This document shows, piece after piece, positions 46,947-57,180 of a stretch of 64,000 nucleotides of DNA (position 1 is the first letter of the stretch; every line of letters starts with the position of its first letter). This DNA is from Escherichia phage VEc74. Both the position numbers and the translations under genes were made by a program. The stretch lies in the sequence record MT932213.1. One strand, given 5' to 3'. Below the pieces are notes generated by a model that ran no database searches, was not told where the DNA came from, and saw nothing but the letters and a program-made list of their open reading frames with translations.

Positions 46947-47359
46947 TATTTTCCAGCCTCAAATGCTCGCATGTCTTGAATATGCTTAATAGCAAATCCA
47001 CGTGATTTAATAGCATCAAGAGCTCCGCTACAGAAATCTAATAAAATCCCCCAATACTGTAACGAGGTATCAACCTTTAAAACATCCTTATCAGCTGATA
47101 GAACTGTCTTCATTTCTGATTTCTCGTAACGATCCATACTAAATTCATCACCATCTCCTCGTCCCGAGTAGTAGTCTAATTTAGCTTTAAGAGCAACTTT
47201 TTTCTGTGCTTCAATTCTAAGCATTTCCTTTTTAATACTTGAATGCTTATTAAGCCATTTACTATATAACATCACATTATTAGCTGCTTCATATTGTAAT
47301 TTAGTCGAATCTATAAACACATCTTTCTTCAATTCTTCTTGAAGATCTTCTAATTTCAT
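46946..47359 (-). CDS. uvsY: UvsY recombination mediator protein, 137 aa
   Basis: Sequence MKLEDLQEELKKDVFIDSTKLQYEAANNVMLYSKWLNKH recognised; 137 aa. Confidence 0.95.
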   Translation of the reverse strand: MKLEDLQEELKKDVFIDSTKLQYEAANNVMLYSKWLNKHSSIKKEMLRIEAQKKVALKAKLDYYSGRGDGDEFSMDRYEKSEMKTVLSADKDVLKVDTSLQYWGILLDFCSGALDAIKSRGFAIKHIQDMRAFEAGK

Positions 47360-47399
47360 ACTGTTCTCTATTCAATTGTTATTGGATGGACTTAGATTC

Positions 47400-47428
47400 A
47401 TTATACCACGTTTATACGTGAAGCATTA
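47400..47428 (-). promoter_or_regulatory. MotA-dependent middle promoter for uvsY
   Basis: Minus strand reads aTGCTTCA (Mot box), 13 nt, TATAAT, about 40 nt upstream of the uvsY ATG. Confidence 0.6.
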
Positions 47429-47824
47429 TACTCTATTACTGGAAGCCAGTTGCAGTTTTATCTGCTCAATATCATCAGGGTTATCAATGACCGAAAAGCG
47501 TATTTCTACTATCAGAGTATAATCATCATAAACCGGTATTACATTAACTGCTAATTTATCAATACGTGGCTCATAGTTTCTTACTGCGCTTTCGATATTG
47601 CGCTCGACTGTGTCAGCAGTAAGAGGAGTCATATTTTCAAAAAGCTGGTCTGATAAATCACATCCAAATTCAGGGTCAAACGGTCTTGAACCTTTTCTTG
47701 TTGTAATAATTCCCAAAAGACTGTTTTTAATTGACCTTAATCCAAGCGATCTGGAAACGTCTTTGTTCCAATCCATTTTCATTTCCGGGTCAATATCAGA
47801 ATAAAGCTTATTAATATTTGCCAT
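47426..47824 (-). CDS. 25: baseplate wedge protein gp25, 132 aa
   Basis: Size and order as in T4. Confidence 0.95.
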   Translation of the reverse strand: MANINKLYSDIDPEMKMDWNKDVSRSLGLRSIKNSLLGIITTRKGSRPFDPEFGCDLSDQLFENMTPLTADTVERNIESAVRNYEPRIDKLAVNVIPVYDDYTLIVEIRFSVIDNPDDIEQIKLQLASSNRV

Positions 47825-48450
47825 TATAGTAACTCAAAGAACTCTTTGAGGCCTCTTATTACGTGAGCATGGGTTTTTCCACACTCTGGACACTTAATTG
47901 GAACAGCCAAATAAACGGTAGGCTTTAAAAGCATATCTTTTATAGCTACAATATCTGACTCTGTGATGATAGAATATAAATCTTCTAGTTCCTTTTCATT
48001 TAAGTCTTCAACTGGAATGCTTTCCCCGTTAGCATGAATCGTTTCTATGCATGATACTATCATGTGGGCTATATTTTTATCATCAAAAATTTTAGGGTAT
48101 CGGAATTTAATTTTAATGTCACCCAGTGTATACCAGAGGTCTTCTGGTGCATCTATTTGTGTATGTAATAGATTTATATGGGTTGGTATTTCAGTTCCAC
48201 AGGTGCACTTCCAGGAGTTTTCGTGATTAACTTCACCGAGAGAATGTGCCCATAAATGAATCAACAATAGTTCTGATTCTTGGCGGTTTAAATCTTTTGC
48301 ATTTGTGCAGTCTTTGATTAGCTTTTTAACAATTACTTCTACGGAACCATTATTTTTGGCAGTAATAAGTTCTAGATATTCTTTAAGCGTGAATGCGCGA
48401 CAATTGATTATTTTAGAACCAACTCTCACGTCAAATTTGTATTCATACAT
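47824..48450 (-). CDS. 26: baseplate hub protein gp26, 208 aa
   Basis: Size and order as in T4. Confidence 0.9.
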   Translation of the reverse strand: MYEYKFDVRVGSKIINCRAFTLKEYLELITAKNNGSVEVIVKKLIKDCTNAKDLNRQESELLLIHLWAHSLGEVNHENSWKCTCGTEIPTHINLLHTQIDAPEDLWYTLGDIKIKFRYPKIFDDKNIAHMIVSCIETIHANGESIPVEDLNEKELEDLYSIITESDIVAIKDMLLKPTVYLAVPIKCPECGKTHAHVIRGLKEFFELL

Positions 48451-48471
48451 ATTTAGCTCCTTTATTTATCA

Positions 48472-48483
48472 TATTTATAAATA
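48472..48483. promoter_or_regulatory. overlapping divergent late promoters (TATAAATA on both strands) between genes 26 and 51
   Basis: Plus TATAAATA at 48476-48483 and minus TATAAATA at 48472-48479. Confidence 0.65.
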
Positions 48484-48500
48484 GAATAAAAGGAGCATCT

Positions 48501-49250
48501 ATGGCAAACATTATTCGTTGTAAATTACCAGATGGTGTTCATCGTTTTAAACCATTTACGGTAGAAGATTATCGAGATTTTTTGTTAGTTCGAAACGATA
48601 TAGAACATCGGTCACCACAAGAACAAAAAGAAATAATTACTGATTTAATTGATGATTATTTTGGAGACTATCCGAAGACTTGGCAACCATTTATATTTTT
48701 GCAGGTATTTGTAGGGTCGATAGGTAAAACTAAAGTACCGGTCACATTTGTATGTCCAAAATGTAAAAAAGAAAAGACAGTTCCATTTGAAATATACCAA
48801 AAAGAATTAAAGGAACCTGTTTTTGATGTAGCTAATGTTAAAATTAAATTAAAGTTTCCTTCTGAGTTTTATGAAAATAAAGCAAAGATGATTACTGAAA
48901 ATATTCATTCTGTTCAAGTAGATGAAATTTGGTATGATTGGAAGGAAATTAGTGAATCAAGCCAAATAGAACTTGTTGATGCCATCGAGATAGAAACATT
49001 AGAAAAAATTCTCGATGCAATGAATCCTATTAATTTAACTCTACATATGTCATGTTGTAATAAGTACATTAAAAAATACACTGATATAGTAGACGTGTTT
49101 AAGCTATTAGTTAACCCGGATGAGATATTTACTTTTTATCAAATTAATCACACACTCGTAAAAAGTAATTATAGCTTAAATTCAATAATGAAAATGATTC
49201 CTGCCGAGCGCGGATTCGTATTAAAACTGATTGAGAAGGATAAACAATAA
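48501..49250 (+). CDS. 51: baseplate hub assembly protein gp51, 249 aa
   Basis: Size and order as in T4. Confidence 0.9.
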   Translation: MANIIRCKLPDGVHRFKPFTVEDYRDFLLVRNDIEHRSPQEQKEIITDLIDDYFGDYPKTWQPFIFLQVFVGSIGKTKVPVTFVCPKCKKEKTVPFEIYQKELKEPVFDVANVKIKLKFPSEFYENKAKMITENIHSVQVDEIWYDWKEISESSQIELVDAIEIETLEKILDAMNPINLTLHMSCCNKYIKKYTDIVDVFKLLVNPDEIFTFYQINHTLVKSNYSLNSIMKMIPAERGFVLKLIEKDKQ

Positions 49251-50425
49251 TGAGTATGTTGCAACGCCCCGGATATCCAAATCTCAGCGTTAAATTATTT
49301 GATAGCTACGACGCTTGGAGTAATAATAGATTTGTTGAATTAGCTGCTACTATTACCACATTAACTATGCGGGATTCTCTTTATGGCCGAAATGAAGGAA
49401 TGCTGCAGTTTTATGATTCTAAAAACATCCATACAAAAATGGATGGAAATGAAATAATTCAGATTTCTGTAGCTAATGCAAATGATATTAATAATGTTAA
49501 AACACGAATTTATGGATGTAAGCATTTTTCCGTGTCAGTAGATTCAAAAGGTGATAACATCATTGCTATTGAATTAGGAACTATTCATTCTATAGAAAAT
49601 CTTAAATTCGGTAGACCATTTTTCCCTGATGCAGGTGAATCTATAAAGGAAATGCTTGGCGTCATTTATCAGGATCGCACATTATTAACTCCAGCAATAA
49701 ATGCTATAAATGCTTATGTTCCTGATATTCCATGGACTAGCACATTTGAAAACTATTTGTCATATGTAAGAGAAGTTGCTCTAGCTGTAGGAAGCGACAA
49801 ATTTGTATTTGTATGGCAAGACATCATGGGAGTTAACATGATGGACTATGATATGATGATAAATCAAGAACCATATCCAATGATTGTCGGTGAGCCATCT
49901 TTAATAGGTCAATTTGTCCAAGAATTAAAATATCCATTAGCATATGATTTCGTTTGGTTGACTAAATCGAATCCTCACAAACGTGACCCAATGAAAAATG
50001 CTACTATCTATGCTCATTCATTTTTAGATTCTTCACTGCCAATGATTACTACAGGAAAGGGTGAAAACTCTATTGTAGTGTCAAGGTCAGGTGCTTATTC
50101 TGAAATGACTTATAGGAATGGATATGAAGAAGCTATTCGTCTTCAAACTATGGCACAATATGACGGCTATGCTAAATGTTCTACTGTCGGTAATTTTAAC
50201 TTGACTCCTGGTGTTAAAATTATTTTTAATGATAGTAAAAACCAATTTAAAACAGAATTTTACGTTGATGAAGTTATCCATGAATTATCCAATAATAATT
50301 CAGTAACTCATCTATATATGTTCACTAATGCAACGAAACTGGAAACAATAGACCCAGTTAAGGTTAAAAATGAATTTAAATCTGATACTACCACTGAAGA
50401 AAGTAGTTCTTCCAATAAGCAATAA
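49250..50425 (+). CDS. 27: baseplate hub protein gp27, 391 aa
   Basis: Size and order as in T4. Confidence 0.95.
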   Translation: MSMLQRPGYPNLSVKLFDSYDAWSNNRFVELAATITTLTMRDSLYGRNEGMLQFYDSKNIHTKMDGNEIIQISVANANDINNVKTRIYGCKHFSVSVDSKGDNIIAIELGTIHSIENLKFGRPFFPDAGESIKEMLGVIYQDRTLLTPAINAINAYVPDIPWTSTFENYLSYVREVALAVGSDKFVFVWQDIMGVNMMDYDMMINQEPYPMIVGEPSLIGQFVQELKYPLAYDFVWLTKSNPHKRDPMKNATIYAHSFLDSSLPMITTGKGENSIVVSRSGAYSEMTYRNGYEEAIRLQTMAQYDGYAKCSTVGNFNLTPGVKIIFNDSKNQFKTEFYVDEVIHELSNNNSVTHLYMFTNATKLETIDPVKVKNEFKSDTTTEESSSSNKQ

Positions 50426-50903
50426 AGAAGTTTCTATTCCTAAAATGGGTCTTAAACATTATAACATTTTAAAAGATGTTAAAGGTCCTGATGAAAATTT
50501 AAAACTTCTTATTGATTCTATTTGTCCGAATTTATCACCGGCAGAAGTTGATTTCGTTTCTATTCATTTATTGGAATTTAATGGAAAGATTAAATCTCGT
50601 AAAGAAATAGATGGTTATACTTATGACATTAATGATGTTTATGTGTGCCAAAGATTAGAATTTCAATACCAAGGAAATACATTTTATTTTAGACCTCCTG
50701 GAAAATTTGAACAATTTTTAACGGTGAGCGATATGTTATCTAAATGCTTACTTAGGGTCAACGATGAAGTTAAAGAAATTAATTTTCTTGAGATGCCAGC
50801 ATTCGTTTTAAAATGGGCAAATGATATTTTTACAACTTTAGCAATTCCTGGCCCTAATGGTCCAATAACTGGAATTGGCAATATTATTGGATTATTTGAA
50901 TGA
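50370..50903 (+). CDS. 28: baseplate hub distal protein gp28, 177 aa
   Basis: Size and order as in T4; 56-nt overlap with gene 27. Confidence 0.85.
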   Translation: MNLNLILPLKKVVLPISNKEVSIPKMGLKHYNILKDVKGPDENLKLLIDSICPNLSPAEVDFVSIHLLEFNGKIKSRKEIDGYTYDINDVYVCQRLEFQYQGNTFYFRPPGKFEQFLTVSDMLSKCLLRVNDEVKEINFLEMPAFVLKWANDIFTTLAIPGPNGPITGIGNIIGLFE

Positions 50904-52672
50904 AAAAGCCACAAGAAATGCAAACGATGCGTAGAAAAGTTATTTCAGATAATAAACCAACACAGGAAGCGGCTAAATCCGCTTCTAACACTTTATCTGG
51001 ACTTAATGATATATCTACGAAATTGGATGATGCTCAAGCTGCTTCTGAATTAATAGCTCAAACTGTCGAAGAAAAATCGAATGAAATAGTTGGAGCAATT
51101 GGTAACGTAGAAAGCGCAGTGAGTGATACTACTGCTGGTTCTGAGTTAATTGCTGAAACTGTTGAAATTGGCAACAATATTAATAAAGAAATAGGTGAAT
51201 CGCTCGGAAGCAAATTAGATAAATTAACAAGTTTACTAGAGCAAAAAATTCAGACAGCTGGAATTCAACAGACAGGAACCAGTTTAGCCACTGTTGAAAG
51301 CGCTATTCCTGTTAAAGTCGTTGAGGATGATACTGCCGAATCTGTGGGTCCTTTATTACCAGCTCCTGAAGCAGTTAATAATGATCCTGACGCTGATTTT
51401 TTCCCTACCCCTCAACCAGTTGAACCCAAACAAGAATCGCCAGAAGAAAAACAGAAAAAAGAAGCATTTAACTTAAAATTATCTCAAGCTTTAGATAAAT
51501 TAACAAAGACTGTTGATTTTGGATTTAAGAAATCTATTTCAATTAGTGATAAAATATCAAGCATGTTATTTAAGTACACCATCAGTGCTGCTATTGAAGC
51601 CGCTAAAATGACTGCAATGATATTGGCTGTTGTTGTTGGAATAGATCTGCTGATGGTTCACTTTAAATATTGGTCAGATAAATTTTCAAAAGCCTGGGAT
51701 TTATTTAATACTGACTTTACTAAATTCTCTAGCGAAACCGGAACATGGGGTCCTTTATTACAGAGCATCTTTGATTCTATTGATAAAATTAAACAACTTT
51801 GGGAAGCGGGAGATTGGGGCGGATTGACAGTAGCTATTGTTGAAGGGCTTGGAAAGGTTCTTTATAATTTAGGAGAACTTATTCAATTAGGTATGGCTAA
51901 ATTATCTGCGGCAATTCTTCGAGTTATTCCTGGAATGAAAGATACCGCTGATGAAGTAGAAGGAAGAGCGCTGGAAAATTTCCAAAATACTACAAATGCT
52001 TCTCTTAGCAAAGAAGATCAAGAAAAAGTTGCAAATTATCAATATAAAAGAATGAATGGCGATCTTGGTCCAATAGCAAAAGGATTAGACAAAATTGCGA
52101 ACTGGAAAACTCGTGCTTCTAACTGGATTCGTGGTGTTGATAATAAAGAAGCACTAACGACTGATGAAGAGAGAGCAGAGGAAGAAGAAAAATTAAAGCA
52201 ACTTTCTCCGGAAGAAGCTAAAATTGCTTTAATGAAAGCTAATGAAGCTCGTGCTGCTATGAATCGTTTTGAACAATATGCCGATTCAGCTGATATGAGT
52301 AAAGACTCAACAGTTAAATCAGTTGAATCTGCCTATGAAGACCTTAAAAAACGGATGGATGACCCGGATTTAAATAATTCACCGGCAGTTAAAAAAGAAC
52401 TTGCTTCTAGATTTGCTAAAATTGATGCTACTTATCAAGAGCTCAAGAAAAATCAGCCTAATGCCAAACCTGAAACTTCTGCTAAATCACCAGAAGCGAA
52501 ACAGGTTCAGGTGATTGAAAAGAACAGAGCACAGCAAGCTCCTGTTCAACAAGCATCTCCTTCAATCAATAATACTAATAATGTTATTAAGAAAAATACT
52601 GTCGTTCATAATATGACACCTGTCACAAGCACAACTGCTCCTGGTGTATTTGGCGCGACTGGAGTTAATTAA
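50900..52672 (+). CDS. 29: tail tape-measure / hub protein gp29, 590 aa
   Basis: Size and order as in T4. Confidence 0.95.
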   Translation: MKKPQEMQTMRRKVISDNKPTQEAAKSASNTLSGLNDISTKLDDAQAASELIAQTVEEKSNEIVGAIGNVESAVSDTTAGSELIAETVEIGNNINKEIGESLGSKLDKLTSLLEQKIQTAGIQQTGTSLATVESAIPVKVVEDDTAESVGPLLPAPEAVNNDPDADFFPTPQPVEPKQESPEEKQKKEAFNLKLSQALDKLTKTVDFGFKKSISISDKISSMLFKYTISAAIEAAKMTAMILAVVVGIDLLMVHFKYWSDKFSKAWDLFNTDFTKFSSETGTWGPLLQSIFDSIDKIKQLWEAGDWGGLTVAIVEGLGKVLYNLGELIQLGMAKLSAAILRVIPGMKDTADEVEGRALENFQNTTNASLSKEDQEKVANYQYKRMNGDLGPIAKGLDKIANWKTRASNWIRGVDNKEALTTDEERAEEEEKLKQLSPEEAKIALMKANEARAAMNRFEQYADSADMSKDSTVKSVESAYEDLKKRMDDPDLNNSPAVKKELASRFAKIDATYQELKKNQPNAKPETSAKSPEAKQVQVIEKNRAQQAPVQQASPSINNTNNVIKKNTVVHNMTPVTSTTAPGVFGATGVN

Positions 52673-52680
52673 GGAATAAT

Positions 52681-53775
52681 ATGGCAATTGTTAAAGAAAT
52701 AACTGCTGATTTAATTAAAAAGTCTGGTGAGAAAATTTCAGCCGGACAGAGTACTAAATCGGAAGTAGGAACTAAAACATACACTGCCCAGTTTCCAACT
52801 GGGCGTGCTAGTGGTAATGACACTACAGGGGACTTCCAGGTAACAGATCTGTATAAGAATGGATTATTATTTACTGCATACAATATGTCATCTAGGGATT
52901 CTGGAAGTCTTAGATCGATGAGATCTAACTACTCTTCTTCATCTTCGAGTATTTTACGTACAGCAAGAAACACTATTAGTAGTACAGTATCAAAACTATC
53001 AAATGGATTAATATCAAATAATAATTCAGGAACAATAAGTAAAGCTCCTATCGCAAACATTCTTTTACCGAGATCTAAATCTGATGTTGATACATCATCA
53101 CATAGATTTAATGATGTTCAAGAAAGCCTTATCAGTAGAGGCGGAGGTACTGCTACTGGAGTGCTAAGTAATATTGCTTCAACCGCAGTATTTGGGGCGC
53201 TGGAAAGTATAACACAAGGTATAATGGCTGATAATAATGAACAGATTTATACGACAGCCAGAAGTATGTATGGTGGTGCTGAAAATAGAACTAAAGTGTT
53301 TACATGGGATTTGACTCCACGTTCAACAGAAGATTTAATGGCTATTATTAATATCTATCAATATTTTAATTATTTTTCTTATGGTGAAACGGGTAAATCT
53401 CAATATGCTGCTGAAATAAAGGGGTATTTAGATGATTGGTATCGTTCTACGTTAATTGAACCTTTATCTCCGGAAGACGCAGCTAAAAATAAAACACTAT
53501 TTGAGAAAATGACATCGAGTTTAACTAACGTTCTAGTAGTTTCAAACCCGACAATTTGGATGGTGAAAAACTTTGGTGCAACATCTAAGTTTGATGGAAA
53601 AACGGAAATATTTGGCCCATGTCAAATCCAGAGTATCAGATTTGATAAAACACCCAATGGTAACTTTAACGGATTAGCTATTGCTCCAAACCTCCCTAGT
53701 ACATTTACTCTCGAGATTACTATGAGAGAAATTATCACGTTAAACCGTGCTTCTTTATATGCGGGGACTTTTTAA
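52681..53775 (+). CDS. 48: baseplate-tail tube junction protein gp48, 364 aa
   Basis: Size and order as in T4. Confidence 0.95.
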   Translation: MAIVKEITADLIKKSGEKISAGQSTKSEVGTKTYTAQFPTGRASGNDTTGDFQVTDLYKNGLLFTAYNMSSRDSGSLRSMRSNYSSSSSSILRTARNTISSTVSKLSNGLISNNNSGTISKAPIANILLPRSKSDVDTSSHRFNDVQESLISRGGGTATGVLSNIASTAVFGALESITQGIMADNNEQIYTTARSMYGGAENRTKVFTWDLTPRSTEDLMAIINIYQYFNYFSYGETGKSQYAAEIKGYLDDWYRSTLIEPLSPEDAAKNKTLFEKMTSSLTNVLVVSNPTIWMVKNFGATSKFDGKTEIFGPCQIQSIRFDKTPNGNFNGLAIAPNLPSTFTLEITMREIITLNRASLYAGTF

Positions 53776-54740
53776 TGTATTCTTTAGAGGAATTTAATAA
53801 TCAAGCAATAAACGCAGATTTCCAACGTAATAATATGTTTAGCTGCGTTTTTGCAACAACTCCATCAACTAAAAGCTCTTCGTTGATAAGTTCAATTAGC
53901 AACTTTTCTTATAATAACTTGGGCCTAAATTCAGATTGGTTAGGATTAACTCAAGGCGATATTAATCAGGGAATTACCACGCTAATTACAGCTGGCACAC
54001 AAAAACTGATAAGAAAATCAGGGGTTAGTAAATATCTTATTGGTGCCATGAGTCAACGTACAGTTCAAAGTTTATTAGGCTCATTTACAGTTGGTACATA
54101 TTTAATTGACTTCTTTAACATGGCATATAACTCATCTGGATTGATGATATACTCTGTAAAAATGCCAGAGAATAGATTATCATATGAAACTGACTGGAAC
54201 TATAATTCTCCTAATATTCGTATAACTGGGAGAGAATTAGACCCTTTGGTTATTTCATTTAGAATGGACTCAGAAGCTTGTAACTATCGTGCAATGCAAG
54301 ACTGGGTTAACTCTGTTCAAGACCCAGTAACTGGATTACGTGCTTTGCCACAAGATGTCGAGGCAGATATTCAGGTTAATCTTCATTCTCGTAATGGATT
54401 GCCTCATACTGCGGTGATGTTCACCGGATGCATTCCAATATCAGTTAGCGCTCCTGAGTTATCATATGATGGAGATAACCAAATAACTACATTTGATGTT
54501 ACTTTTGCGTACAGAGTGATGCAGGCTGGAGCAGTTGATAGGCAAGCTGCGCTTGAATGGCTTGAATCTGCTGCTATAAATGGTATTCAAAGCGTTCTCG
54601 GAAATAGTGGAGGTGTTACTGGACTATCTAATTCGCTTTCACGACTCAGTAGATTAGGGGGAACTGCAGGAAGCATTTCAAACATTAATACTATGACAGG
54701 AATTGTCAATTCGCAAAGTAAAATATTAGGAGCAATATAA
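53775..54740 (+). CDS. 54: baseplate-tail tube initiator gp54, 321 aa
   Basis: Size and order as in T4. Confidence 0.95.
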   Translation: MYSLEEFNNQAINADFQRNNMFSCVFATTPSTKSSSLISSISNFSYNNLGLNSDWLGLTQGDINQGITTLITAGTQKLIRKSGVSKYLIGAMSQRTVQSLLGSFTVGTYLIDFFNMAYNSSGLMIYSVKMPENRLSYETDWNYNSPNIRITGRELDPLVISFRMDSEACNYRAMQDWVNSVQDPVTGLRALPQDVEADIQVNLHSRNGLPHTAVMFTGCIPISVSAPELSYDGDNQITTFDVTFAYRVMQAGAVDRQAALEWLESAAINGIQSVLGNSGGVTGLSNSLSRLSRLGGTAGSISNINTMTGIVNSQSKILGAI

Positions 54741-54744
54741 CAAT

Positions 54745-54772
54745 GGGGACCGAAAGGTCCCCATATTTTTAT
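54745..54772. terminator. bidirectional terminator between gene 54 (+) and the minus-strand alt block
   Basis: Hairpin GGGGACCGAAAGGTCCCC flanked by A-rich and T-rich tracts. Confidence 0.75.
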
Positions 54773-55059
54773 TTACGGAATGAAATGAAAGCAGCAACTG
54801 AAGCAACTAAACTGTCTTCAATATAAACTTCAATTTTTACCGGAGCTTCTGACTCAAATTTACCTGTTACTACACCCTGGAAAATACTTTCAGTCTGTTC
54901 TGGCTTTGAAAAATTTTCAGAAGGAAAAATTCCGAACTTTTTATCTGTTCCAAAAATTTTAATAAATTCATCGTAAACTGCTTCATTAAAAGCGTTATCA
55001 GCAGGAATAACGCCTTCAACTACAAGTTCTTGACCTAAAAAGCGCAAAGAAGATTTCAT
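54769..55059 (-). CDS. hypothetical protein, 96 aa
   Basis: Six-frame ORF downstream of the Alt-like pair. Confidence 0.55.
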   Translation of the reverse strand: MKSSLRFLGQELVVEGVIPADNAFNEAVYDEFIKIFGTDKKFGIFPSENFSKPEQTESIFQGVVTGKFESEAPVKIEVYIEDSLVASVAAFISFRK

Positions 55060-55119
55060 TTTGTGTTCCTCATGTTATGTCAGTAAGACTACTATAACAC
55101 AACATAAGGAACTTGTAAA

Positions 55120-57177
55120 CTACATTTTGAACTTTTTAGACATTCCGTTGATGTTAACCAAAGAAGCTAAGATTTGAGAAACTTCGTTTTCCTCTTCTTT
55201 TGATTCTTCTACAAGGAATTGATTAAATCCAACCATTGGACGAACTTCACCAGTTTCCATTAGATGGTCGCCATCATATACTGATTCTTCTAATTGTTCA
55301 GAAGGAGGAACGATTGTACCTTCGATTAGATACTTGTTATAAGCCGTTTCTTTCATAAAGTACGTACTTACTTTATTAATCTTCAGTAAAATTCCACGAG
55401 GTAGAATAACTTCAGCTTCTGATGGAAATCCTGATAAATGACCTGGAACGATAACTTTGATTCGCTCAGCTCCTTTAATTACCATACCCACGCTAGTTTC
55501 AGCATCTTCATTGGCATATGTAGAATGACTACCCATATGCATCAAATGTTCTGCATCAACGGAACCTTCTCCTTCACCAGAAAATACTGCGCCGGAATCA
55601 TCTAGAGCCATATAGTTTTTACCATGCTCACCGAAGATATTTGGTTTAAGCGATGTCGATACGAAGTTCTTGAAATAGAACATTTTGTTTTCAATGTTAT
55701 GACGCAAAGTTTTAAAGGTAACTTCTTGTCCACGGTAAAGTGTAGTTCCTGGAGGAAGAACTGAACCTTTAGCGAATGCAGAATCCAACGTCTCGATGTG
55801 CTTAATAGCTCGTTCCATATATTCTTCACGGGTAGAATCTGGTTTACCCAAAAGGAACGAGTTCATTTCAACATATGAATCTGCACAATAATCTTCAATT
55901 ACATCAGACTCAGCCTGAGTCAGTCCTTTTGGAGTTACTTCAGTACTTGCATATTCATATGCCTGAGCAGCAGATTCATTAATCAATTTATAAATGCCAT
56001 TCATGACAAATTGAATAATAGCTGTCTTTTCATCTGGCGTAGCATTAGAACCTTTAACCAAATCATTGATAATTTTCTTAATAACATCAAAGCTATTAGA
56101 AATATTAATGTCAGCAAGATCGCTTAAAATTTTATCAGTTTTATAATCAAAGAATTCTTTATTCTTTAAATATTCTTGAGAACCTTGATATGTTATATCG
56201 CTTTGCAACTTGATAGATGGATCACGTAAACGTGCATGGGCTAATGCAATATGATTTCGGAAGTTTTCTAGTTCATAATCGCTAGATTTAAAACGAGAAG
56301 CACTTCTCATACCACCAATAGCTCCTTTGTTGAAGTTTGAACCAATCTGAATAACGCCAGAGTTCATTGGTCCTTCTGCTTTATATACCGGAACTTTAGA
56401 TTCAAACTCTTGATATTTCTTAGCAGCGAAGCTATCACCCTGAAGTGAAGCATCAACAGTAGAATATTGAGCTTGTGCTGCTAATCGACGACTAATTTTA
56501 GTTTTCTGAATAACAGCTTGATCCGTGCGCTTATCATTTTCTAAAGCAATAGAAGCAGCAACAGCGACAGCTTTAGGAACAGCATTACCTGTTTTAACGT
56601 CTACATAAACATCACCGACCTTTGATTCAACTTTTGTGAATAACTCAGTTGAAATAGGAGGTACACCTGGAATGTCTTCTAAATTGGCATTTTTACGGTA
56701 AACCATAATATATGCGTACTTTTTATCATAGTCCCAGATTTCCTTTAAAAGAACATATCGACCTGCTCCTTTAGTACGTACTAAACGGTCAGCAATAACT
56801 TGCATTTGACGAGCTGCGCCATTTGTTTTACTTTTTAGTACGCGGAATAAGCATGCGTCGATTTTATACTGCTTCATTGTTTGAAGAGCAGTATCAAAAA
56901 CCGCATTAATGACGCCAATTGGATTTCCACCCAAGTTTCTAAGCTTAACCAGCGATAATTTCTCGTTGACGCCTATCATTACGATATGCATCATTTTGTC
57001 GCCTGGCTTAACGTTTTTATTTGTATCACCGCCAGAGGTGTATGTACAAAATCTAAATCCAGGAAGCACACTTTCTTCGCCGGCTTGAATAGCAAAAATT
57101 TGTGGTATTTTATGCTTAGGATTTAAGTTAACAACCGGCGCCGAAGCGCCGTCAAATAATTCTGTAATAAGTTCCAT
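55120..57177 (-). CDS. Alt-family ADP-ribosyltransferase paralogue, 685 aa
   Basis: N-terminus MELITELFDGASAPVVNLNPKHKIPQIF parallels the adjacent copy; C-terminal R-S-ExE signature (YRGQE, FVSTSL, SEAEVILPRG). Confidence 0.85.
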   Translation of the reverse strand: MELITELFDGASAPVVNLNPKHKIPQIFAIQAGEESVLPGFRFCTYTSGGDTNKNVKPGDKMMHIVMIGVNEKLSLVKLRNLGGNPIGVINAVFDTALQTMKQYKIDACLFRVLKSKTNGAARQMQVIADRLVRTKGAGRYVLLKEIWDYDKKYAYIMVYRKNANLEDIPGVPPISTELFTKVESKVGDVYVDVKTGNAVPKAVAVAASIALENDKRTDQAVIQKTKISRRLAAQAQYSTVDASLQGDSFAAKKYQEFESKVPVYKAEGPMNSGVIQIGSNFNKGAIGGMRSASRFKSSDYELENFRNHIALAHARLRDPSIKLQSDITYQGSQEYLKNKEFFDYKTDKILSDLADINISNSFDVIKKIINDLVKGSNATPDEKTAIIQFVMNGIYKLINESAAQAYEYASTEVTPKGLTQAESDVIEDYCADSYVEMNSFLLGKPDSTREEYMERAIKHIETLDSAFAKGSVLPPGTTLYRGQEVTFKTLRHNIENKMFYFKNFVSTSLKPNIFGEHGKNYMALDDSGAVFSGEGEGSVDAEHLMHMGSHSTYANEDAETSVGMVIKGAERIKVIVPGHLSGFPSEAEVILPRGILLKINKVSTYFMKETAYNKYLIEGTIVPPSEQLEESVYDGDHLMETGEVRPMVGFNQFLVEESKEEENEVSQILASLVNINGMSKKFKM

Positions 57178-57180
57178 GAT

